Virus record (IMG/VR): IMGVR_UViG_3300024231_000003
Span: 23,709 to 87,708 of that record
From: a virus
Length of the DNA: 64,000 nt
Strand: one strand, 5' to 3'
In this document: positions 56,657-64,000 of the stretch, in pieces
Position numbering within the stretch: position 1 is the stretch's first letter
Layout of the letters: each line of letters starts with the position of its first letter
Notes under the pieces: model-generated
The model's input: only the letters and a program-made list of their open reading frames with translations
Database searches by the model: none
Told to the model about the DNA's origin: nothing
Position numbers and translations under genes: made by a program

Positions 56657-58087
56657 ATGAGTGAACAAAAAAAATTACCAAGCGATACATTTTGTATTTT
56701 ACCATGGATTCATTTATCAACAAGACCAGACGGCAGTATGAGAGTATGTTGTACCGCTAACGCTAGTGCTGTTGGTGCAACAAATGATAAAGTACATGGC
56801 GGCAGAGTTGGTATTGTTAAAACAGAAGATGGCAAGCCGGCTAATCTAAACACAACTGATTTAAATACTAGTTGGAATAATACATATATGAGAAGTGTAA
56901 GGCAACAAATGCTTGCAGGTGAAAAACCAGCCAGTTGCTTAAAGTGCTATAAAGAAGAAGATGCAGGACATGTTAGTAAACGTCAGTGGGAAACTGCTTA
57001 TTGGCAACGTGATGGTATTGATGTAGATGAGTTAGTTGCACAAACATTTGAAGATGGCAGTACAACTAGTAAGTTACGTTACATTGATATTCGTATGGGT
57101 ACAAAATGCCAACTAGGTTGCGTTATGTGTAGTCCACATGATTCAAGTGGTTGGATCAAAGACTGGCAAGGTATGTATCCTAAAATTACAAACGAAACTT
57201 TAAAAGAGACAATGGTTTGGGCTAACAAAGGTAAAGAGTTTGGTGCAAGTTATAATTGGCATAAAGATAATCCAGTATTTTGGGATCAGTTTTATGCACA
57301 GATTCCCTATATGCGTCAGCTATATTTTGCAGGTGGCGAAAGTACTGTTATTGAAGAACATTATGAGATCTTAGATAAAGTTATTGAAATGGGATATGCA
57401 CACCAGATTGAAGTACGTTACAATTCAAATGGTATTGAGCTTCCTGATCGTTTACTAGAACAATGGAAACATTTTGAAAAAGTAAGATTCCATTATAGTA
57501 TTGACAGCATTGGCGAGATGAATGATTATATTCGTTACCCAAGTGAATGGTCACATCAACTTAAAATGTTTGAACGTTTAGATACTAAAACATCAAACAA
57601 TGTAGAAATTACAATTGCATGTGCCGTTAACGCTCTTAATATTCATTACATTCCAGACTTCCTAAAGTGGAAGCTAACTGAGAGTGGACTAAAGAAAACA
57701 AATATGTGGCCATTTGGTGCAGGTGGTATTAACTATCACTTTGTATACTGGCCTGGACATTTAAATGTTAAAGTACTACCAGATGAATTCCTAGACAAGA
57801 CTGAAGCCAAGTACGAAGAATTTATTGAATGGTGGAAAGAAAATTGGGAACTTGGTGTTCCTAGTTGGCACAAAGGCAAAGTATCATATGATGATTGGGA
57901 AAATGCAAGCTATGGAATCAAACGCTTACGTGGTATGATTAATTTTGCACGTAGTGAAGATTGGTCAAGACGACTTCCAGAATTTAGAGAATATATTAAC
58001 AAATTAGACGAATTGCGTGGAACAGACTTCCGTGCTACTTTCCCAGAAATGGGTTACTTATTAGACGAACCAGAGGACAAAAAATGA
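56657..58087 (+). CDS. Radical SAM protein with N-terminal Twitch-like domain
   Basis: CILPW..VCC..CLKC, CQLGCVMC, FAGGE, YIRYPSEW. Confidence 0.9.
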   Translation: MSEQKKLPSDTFCILPWIHLSTRPDGSMRVCCTANASAVGATNDKVHGGRVGIVKTEDGKPANLNTTDLNTSWNNTYMRSVRQQMLAGEKPASCLKCYKEEDAGHVSKRQWETAYWQRDGIDVDELVAQTFEDGSTTSKLRYIDIRMGTKCQLGCVMCSPHDSSGWIKDWQGMYPKITNETLKETMVWANKGKEFGASYNWHKDNPVFWDQFYAQIPYMRQLYFAGGESTVIEEHYEILDKVIEMGYAHQIEVRYNSNGIELPDRLLEQWKHFEKVRFHYSIDSIGEMNDYIRYPSEWSHQLKMFERLDTKTSNNVEITIACAVNALNIHYIPDFLKWKLTESGLKKTNMWPFGAGGINYHFVYWPGHLNVKVLPDEFLDKTEAKYEEFIEWWKENWELGVPSWHKGKVSYDDWENASYGIKRLRGMINFARSEDWSRRLPEFREYINKLDELRGTDFRATFPEMGYLLDEPEDKK

Positions 58088-58638
58088 TATATGTATTAGT
58101 AGCTCTAAAAGGCGAATTGCCAGAGCATAATTTAGACCCAGAAACATACAAAGTATGGTATACAGGAGTAGGCAAAGTTAATGCAACTATGTTTGCTACC
58201 ATGGCTTGTATTCAACGTGATTGCACCGCAGTTATTAATTATGGTACAGCAGGAGTAATAAACAAAGATCTTATTGGCAACTTAAACAAGGTTGCAGTAG
58301 TAAGACAGCGTGACATGGATGGACGTCCACAAGCAGAGCTAGGTACAACACCTTTTGAAGAAACAGGTATCCAAGGTGATATTGTTACAGCGAATAGCGG
58401 TGTGGTATTAAGTACAGGTGATAATTTTGTAATGGAAACTCCAGAATTAGAAAGCGATCTAGTTGATATGGAAGGATACGCAATTGCAAAAGTATGCAAA
58501 CACTTTAGTAAATCTTTACTAATGTTAAAGTATGGTAGTGATATGGCAGATAGTGATGCTGCAAAAACTTGGGAAGAAAACCAAGCAGATGGTGCTGAAC
58601 TGTTTTTGGAGCAGCTTAAAGCATTAGAAAATGTCTGA
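58084..58638 (+). CDS. MTA/SAH nucleosidase (PNP/UDP superfamily)
   Basis: TGVGKVNA, INYGTAG, STGDNF, VDMEGYA, SDMAD. Confidence 0.85.
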   Translation: MIYVLVALKGELPEHNLDPETYKVWYTGVGKVNATMFATMACIQRDCTAVINYGTAGVINKDLIGNLNKVAVVRQRDMDGRPQAELGTTPFEETGIQGDIVTANSGVVLSTGDNFVMETPELESDLVDMEGYAIAKVCKHFSKSLLMLKYGSDMADSDAAKTWEENQADGAELFLEQLKALENV

Positions 58639-59896
58639 TAAATCAGGATTTTGCGCACTACCATTTGTACAATACAGTACATATAATGGTGGGCGTTATA
58701 GACTTTGTTGTATGGCAAAGGAACCAGAAACTCTTGTTGACCAAGAGAAGCTAGGTATACAAGGAACATGGAACCACGATTACATTAAAGATGTGCGTAG
58801 ACGCATGGCAGAGGGAGAATGGCTGCCTGAATGTGTTGAATGCCAACACTTGGAACGTAACGACATCGTAAGCTCACGACAGTGGGAAAATGAAGTGTGG
58901 GAAGACGTAATTAACGAAGTAGTGGCTGATGCTTCGGTTAACGATTGGGAGGTTGAACAACCTTTACAATTTGATTTCAGGCTTGGCAATTTGTGCAATT
59001 TACAGTGTCAAATGTGCAACAAAGAAGCATCACATTTAGTGAGCGTAGAGAGAGCAACAATGGTCAAAAGCGGACTCGGGGTGGACCACTCTGATTGGCA
59101 TGGACAAATTGCAGACAAGAAGCGGGCTCTTCTTCAACCTGGAATAGACTGGACGAGCTTCAAGGACATGATAAAAAAAGCTCGAAAAATAAAACTAATA
59201 GGCGGGGAGCCAACTGTAGCAGCAGATATGTTTAAACTGCTGGACATCGCCGTAAACTCCGGACATGCCCATCACATCGAACTTAGTTTTTATACTAATA
59301 TTACTAACATGCAGGACCGTTGGCTCGACCAGCTAAGTAAATTCGAAAAAGTGATCGTAAACTGTAGCTTGGAGGGCATGGAGGACATGAATGATTATTT
59401 GCGTCCACCCTCCAAGTGGTCTTCTGTTTGGAAGAACTTTGATAAGCTAGTTAAGTTTACAAATACCAAAGAAGGCAAAAATATTAAAGTAAGAGTAACC
59501 ACTGTTAACCAAGTTACTAATGCATTGCACATTGCAGACTTCTGGCGCATGATGCACGAATATCAAATGAAAAGCGATAGGGGTATTGGTATGAGTTCTA
59601 ATCAACTTATTGAACCACACTACTACAGTATGGCACACGCTCCTGAATGGCTTAAAGAAGAGCAACGTAAAGGTATACTAGAGTTCCTAAACAGTATTGA
59701 CAATAGTCCACATTTTGAGGATTATGAAGAACCACTGATGGAAATTGTTAATTTTGGATTAGATCCAGAACATCAATACAGTCCTGTTATTATGAAACAG
59801 TATGTTGAAGTAACAGAAAATTACGATATATTCCGTGGGCATGATGTTATGACAGTAGCCCCAGAATTTAAACGTATTAAAGACGATTTAGATTAA
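58631..59896 (+). CDS. Radical SAM protein with N-terminal Twitch-like domain
   Basis: CALPF..LCC..CVEC, CNLQCQMC, IGGEPT, YLRPPSKW. Confidence 0.9.
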   Translation: MSDKSGFCALPFVQYSTYNGGRYRLCCMAKEPETLVDQEKLGIQGTWNHDYIKDVRRRMAEGEWLPECVECQHLERNDIVSSRQWENEVWEDVINEVVADASVNDWEVEQPLQFDFRLGNLCNLQCQMCNKEASHLVSVERATMVKSGLGVDHSDWHGQIADKKRALLQPGIDWTSFKDMIKKARKIKLIGGEPTVAADMFKLLDIAVNSGHAHHIELSFYTNITNMQDRWLDQLSKFEKVIVNCSLEGMEDMNDYLRPPSKWSSVWKNFDKLVKFTNTKEGKNIKVRVTTVNQVTNALHIADFWRMMHEYQMKSDRGIGMSSNQLIEPHYYSMAHAPEWLKEEQRKGILEFLNSIDNSPHFEDYEEPLMEIVNFGLDPEHQYSPVIMKQYVEVTENYDIFRGHDVMTVAPEFKRIKDDLD

Positions 59897-60947
59897 TTTC
59901 TTTAAAATTCATGTAACGCTTTTCTTCAGTATATTTAAATAATATTTCTTCAGCATTAGCAATTTCAGGATATGCTTCTGGTTTTCCAAATACTGCATCT
60001 GCGACTTGCAATTTATTTTCTTCAGTAATACGATGATACTCTTGTGCATCTGTATTCTTTTTAAAGTCAAGTGAACTACCAGTGTATTCCTTGCACACAG
60101 TGCTGTCAGACAGAGCGTCTAAGCTAGATGGCATATAGCCACTTAATACTACTATCACACGCTTATGGTGTTTGGCAGCATACCTGCATACTTTTTTAAG
60201 TGTATCCTCGCAACGCCATCTGGAGTGATAAATGTTTTTTCCACCTAAATTATCAATCCAAGCTTCTGTTAAGTTACCCATACGTAGCCCTAACTTTGCA
60301 TAATGTTGATCATTATGGAAGTTATTATAAATTACATATGCAGTATCATTGTTACTATCTGGTTGTGCTACTGTTTTGTGCTTACGTTTTCCAACTCTAA
60401 ATAATACACTTCTCTTTTCAGTATGTAACTCAGGAACGTCATGCCAACTAAAAGGAGTTGCCTGTAAACTATAAAACATATTAGGTTCACAATTTAATCG
60501 TTTGTTTCCACTTGCATCTCTGTTAAGCAAACGAACACCTTGGTCACTACTATCCATATATATTTGATTAGTAATTAACCATCTAAAATCTTTTAGGTCA
60601 TTGTGTATACCAAGACTACTTCCTGGTAAGTCGTAATGGCAATTTACATAATGATGATCGTATGAATAAACCTTTCCAAGCGAAGCAGTCATTACTTCTG
60701 ATAATACATTATCTCTTATATATTCTACTATTTCTTGATCATACGCTAATTCAGGAGTTTCAGGCCAGGAATCCAAAGGCGCACTAAATGTACCTTCCAA
60801 TGCACTCTCATGTTCTGGAACTTCTGGATTCATACAATAATCTTTGATGTACTGAACTGGATATTCTTCATAATAACGTTTGAAAAACTTTTCAGGTAAA
60901 TAATTTTCACTAATATGGTATTGGAATGGTATATTGTATTCTTTCAT
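59877..60947 (-). CDS. 2OG-Fe(II) oxygenase with C-terminal extension
   Basis: GIHND, SWHDV, KRS. Confidence 0.7.
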   Translation of the reverse strand: MKEYNIPFQYHISENYLPEKFFKRYYEEYPVQYIKDYCMNPEVPEHESALEGTFSAPLDSWPETPELAYDQEIVEYIRDNVLSEVMTASLGKVYSYDHHYVNCHYDLPGSSLGIHNDLKDFRWLITNQIYMDSSDQGVRLLNRDASGNKRLNCEPNMFYSLQATPFSWHDVPELHTEKRSVLFRVGKRKHKTVAQPDSNNDTAYVIYNNFHNDQHYAKLGLRMGNLTEAWIDNLGGKNIYHSRWRCEDTLKKVCRYAAKHHKRVIVVLSGYMPSSLDALSDSTVCKEYTGSSLDFKKNTDAQEYHRITEENKLQVADAVFGKPEAYPEIANAEEILFKYTEEKRYMNFKEINLNRL

Positions 60948-61780
60948 TATAGGCCTCTAATTCTTTCTTTCATACATAATTCTGGAAACTGTAAACTTTC
61001 ATTTAAGATATCTGCTTCGAAACATTGTAGTTTTGTACCAAATACAATTTGATGTGTTATCCACTGTGCATTAAAGAACCATACATCACCTGGATCGAAT
61101 GTAATATAATGAAGAGGGTGGTGGAATTGATCCCATTTCTCTTCATTCCATACGCAACGGTTGCGCATTTCAGTAATAAATTTGTGTATGTCATTTTTAT
61201 CTAATTCCTCTAAGTTAAATTGTTCTTTATATTGATTGTACATTTGCTCCAAGTCTGGTCCAAATGTCAGTACACGTGGACGCTTTTTATCTAATTGAAC
61301 AAACATACGCATTTGTTGTTCATTACCAGTGTGCGCCTCATCTAACTCATCCAAGTGTAGTTTGTTTTCCACTAGTGTATTATATCTGTGAGATAACATA
61401 CGCTCATTTGTTTTGTACTTTGGAAATATTTTATCAAATATCTCATTCCAACCCGTAGTAGCTTGTTTATGTTTCTTGTGAAACTTGTCAATTTGTTCCT
61501 CACTCCAGTTACGTTCATCACGTAGTCTGTCACGCTTTTTAATATGACTGTTATACCAAGGCATAATCCACTTGTTGTCTGGAATAGTCCAATCTGGTAA
61601 ATTATCATAATAGTCGTAGTCTAAGTTTGGAATAGTTAAATTTTTAATAACTACAGGCCAACCACTCTCAAAACACTTGTATATTTCGTCATTATGTGTT
61701 ATACTTTCGATATCACTGGCATCAAACTGATGTACTGTGAAATCCTGAGCGGCCTTTGAATCTAGTGCAATTCTAGTCAT
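60947..61780 (-). CDS. Kdo hydroxylase-like dioxygenase
   Basis: KLHLD, MRMFVQLD..PRV, FDPGDVW, THQIVFG. Confidence 0.6.
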   Translation of the reverse strand: MTRIALDSKAAQDFTVHQFDASDIESITHNDEIYKCFESGWPVVIKNLTIPNLDYDYYDNLPDWTIPDNKWIMPWYNSHIKKRDRLRDERNWSEEQIDKFHKKHKQATTGWNEIFDKIFPKYKTNERMLSHRYNTLVENKLHLDELDEAHTGNEQQMRMFVQLDKKRPRVLTFGPDLEQMYNQYKEQFNLEELDKNDIHKFITEMRNRCVWNEEKWDQFHHPLHYITFDPGDVWFFNAQWITHQIVFGTKLQCFEADILNESLQFPELCMKERIRGL

Positions 61781-61802
61781 GTCGTCTCCATTAATTATAT
61801 TA

Positions 61803-61824
61803 GTTGATAAATATATTTATCAAC
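61803..61824. promoter_or_regulatory. Perfect palindrome containing back-to-back late-type promoters
   Basis: GTTGATAAATATATTTATCAAC between divergent genes. Confidence 0.65.
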
Positions 61825-61841
61825 AATAAAAAGAGGTAAAT

Positions 61842-62906
61842 ATGAAACCAGTAAACGCATGGAGTGAATTCCAGCCACTAAAGAAGGTTGTACTAGGCGC
61901 ACCCTTTCCACCAGAGACATTTGATTGGCATAAAGATGAAGAAACACGCAATGTTATGCGCCAAATTTTTGAAGAGACTGCAGAAGATATAGCAGAGCTA
62001 GAAAAGATTTTAGTTGAGCATGGTGTTGAAGTAGTACGCCCAAAAAATATCTTTACTATTACAGGTGAAGAACAAATACAACTACCATGGATGCATTGTG
62101 GTTTTCCTAATCACCCACTAATGCCACGTGATACACTTATGCCATACGGTAATACAATTTTTGAATGTTTTACTGGTGGTGACAATCGTTACTTTGAGAA
62201 TCTTGCATATTACGATCATTGTAGTAAATGGTTTAGTGAAGGTGCGGATTGGGTTAGTATGCCAGGTGTAATGATTGATAGTAAATCATATGAAGATTAT
62301 GAGAACAAAGGCAGAGTATTATATCACGCAGCTAATATGATTAAATGTGGAGACACAGTATTGTTTAGTCAGACATGGGACGAAGATAATAAAAAAGGCA
62401 AAGGTACTAATCTTGGTAAGCAATGGATGAAGCGTGAACTATCACAGCGTTATCCAGGTACTAAGTTTTTAGATATTCCAGTTGGCGGACATGCTGATGG
62501 TAAAATTGCACTACTCAAGCCAGGTGTACTGATGACATGGAATGCAAAATGGGTTCCAGAAGAAATGAAAAATTGGACTATTATTGAAGTTAACGATAAT
62601 CATGAAATGCCAGAAGATTTCTTAAACACACGTAAACGCCGCTTCTATAAAGACTATGTAGAAAAATGGTTGGGACATTGGGTTGGATATGCAGACGAGA
62701 GTGTATTCGATGTTAACGTATTATCGCTAGATGAAAAAACTGTTATCTGTACAGGACGTAACGAAGCTGCATTTGCAGAAATGAGAGCTAATGGAATTGA
62801 GCCTATTGTATGGCGTTTTCGTCACCAGTATTTCTGGGATGGCGGCATTCATTGTTTAACAAGTGATGTACAACGTGAAGGCGATTGTGAGAGTTATATA
62901 AGCTAA
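61842..62906 (+). CDS. Amidinotransferase (glycine/inosamine-phosphate type)
   Basis: EFQPLKKVVLG, GVEVVRP, MPRD, HADG, DVNVL, GGIHCLT. Confidence 0.88.
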   Translation: MKPVNAWSEFQPLKKVVLGAPFPPETFDWHKDEETRNVMRQIFEETAEDIAELEKILVEHGVEVVRPKNIFTITGEEQIQLPWMHCGFPNHPLMPRDTLMPYGNTIFECFTGGDNRYFENLAYYDHCSKWFSEGADWVSMPGVMIDSKSYEDYENKGRVLYHAANMIKCGDTVLFSQTWDEDNKKGKGTNLGKQWMKRELSQRYPGTKFLDIPVGGHADGKIALLKPGVLMTWNAKWVPEEMKNWTIIEVNDNHEMPEDFLNTRKRRFYKDYVEKWLGHWVGYADESVFDVNVLSLDEKTVICTGRNEAAFAEMRANGIEPIVWRFRHQYFWDGGIHCLTSDVQREGDCESYIS

Positions 62907-63940
62907 TGCTAGACCAAATGAAATGGGCAAGTACTGTAAGAGAGATACAACTTGACGCAACGTCATATTGTAATGCTGGTTGTGGAACATGTGTTCGCTT
63001 TAAAGTGGGATCATGGGACTTACACCAGTCTATAGTACTTGAACATTTTGACATGGATACATGGACAAAGTTAGTAACTAAGGATATTAAGGATACCAGA
63101 ATAGATACTATATTCTTTAATGGTAATTGGGGAGATGCATGTATGCACCCCAAACTAATAGACATGGTTAAGTTAGCTTTGGAAGAAAATCCAAAACTTG
63201 GAATAAAAATATCTACTAATGGTAGTTTGCGTACCACTAAGTGGTGGGAAGAATTAGCACGTGTACTTGGCAAAAGAGGACATGTTATTTTTTGTATAGA
63301 AGGTGTTGATCAAGAAACACATGGTAAATATAGACAGAAGACATTTTATAAAAAAATTATAGAAAATCTTACAGCATTTAATAACGCAGGCGGAAATTCA
63401 GTTTGGATGATGACTGCATTTGATCATAATATCCATCAAATTGATCAAGCACGAGAATTAGCCAAACAACTTGGATGTGCCAGATATACTACTAGACGAA
63501 GTCATGATGATAATATTGTTTTTGAAACACATAATGTAACTACTGATAATGTAAAAAAAGAACATATTGGAATTACAAGTTTTGGTCCAGTTCATTTCTC
63601 GCCAGTAGATGCTAAACAGTTTCCAGATCAAGTATCAACACAATGTTCATTCTACAAAATTGGTAGTATACAAATAGACCCACACGGAACAGTATGGCCA
63701 TGCTGTTATATTAGTCAATACCGTTGGGGCATGGAAGAAGATGGTAAAGATTTAAAAACTCCAGAACTAAATGATAATGCACCATTTCTTTCTGAGAAAT
63801 TTAATTTAAAAAATAAAGCACTTACTGACATATTACAGGATGTATGGTATGCCAACAAATTAGCAGGTGCAATCAATACTGCTAGTTGGGACGTTTGTAC
63901 ACGAAACTGTAAAATAAAACCAGTAGTTGAGGAAATATAA
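62906..63940 (+). CDS. Radical SAM protein with C-terminal SPASM/Twitch-like domain
   Basis: CNAGCGTC, GNWGD, STNG, VWPCC, CTRNC. Confidence 0.88.
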   Translation: MLDQMKWASTVREIQLDATSYCNAGCGTCVRFKVGSWDLHQSIVLEHFDMDTWTKLVTKDIKDTRIDTIFFNGNWGDACMHPKLIDMVKLALEENPKLGIKISTNGSLRTTKWWEELARVLGKRGHVIFCIEGVDQETHGKYRQKTFYKKIIENLTAFNNAGGNSVWMMTAFDHNIHQIDQARELAKQLGCARYTTRRSHDDNIVFETHNVTTDNVKKEHIGITSFGPVHFSPVDAKQFPDQVSTQCSFYKIGSIQIDPHGTVWPCCYISQYRWGMEEDGKDLKTPELNDNAPFLSEKFNLKNKALTDILQDVWYANKLAGAINTASWDVCTRNCKIKPVVEEI

Positions 63941-64000
63941 TGAATATGGATTGGGCCAGAGTTGTTAATAATTTGCAAGTTGACTTAACTAGTTATTGTA
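63940..64000 (+). CDS. Probable radical SAM paralogue, 3' truncated by window edge
   Basis: MNMDWARVVNNLQVDLTSYC aligns with MKWASTVREIQLDATSYC of the preceding gene. Confidence 0.65.
   Translation, partial: MNMDWARVVNNLQVDLTSYC

Noticed and set aside
61842-62906. Amidinotransferase as archaeosine (G+) synthase
   Set aside because: Known G+ synthases are ArcS, QueF-like or GAT-QueC; this is the arginine-dependent family and lies far from the que genes
1-64000. CRISPR arrays, transposases, introns/inteins, diversity-generating retroelement, stop-codon recoding
   Set aside because: No repeat-spacer arrays, transposase or RT motifs seen; genes are normal length and tile well under the standard code; no suppressor tRNA

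Overview
AT-rich, gene-dense 64-kb segment of a large T4-like/jumbo dsDNA phage, probably marine with an alphaproteobacterial-type host (inferred). Core genes: nrdA/nrdB/glutaredoxin, PAAR spike, probable sliding clamp, RNase H-like nuclease, tdk, MoxR AAA+/VWA-peptidase pair, sigma70-type and T4-late-like promoters. There are two tRNA clusters with 11 canonical-fold tRNAs, including a rare tRNA-Ser(ACU), plus a non-canonical tRNA-like RNA and several candidate structured RNAs. The main accessory content is (i) a 7-deazaguanine pathway (TGT/DpdA-like, QueD-like, FolE, QueE; no QueC in the window) interleaved with a queuosine-mannosyltransferase-like glycosyltransferase, a nucleotidyltransferase-cupin fusion and a purine PRTase; (ii) a large set of tailoring enzymes (eight radical SAM genes besides QueE plus one partial, many Fe/2OG-type oxygenases, methyltransferases, ATP-grasp, amidinotransferase) with their own support genes (MetK, MTA/SAH nucleosidase, Fpr, SufE, CDGSH fusion); (iii) ProX/ProW without ProV, a class I aldolase and a surface subtilase. 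A ~620-bp patch inside one radical SAM gene has clearly atypical synonymous codon usage. All product calls come from motif recognition by eye, with no database searches.
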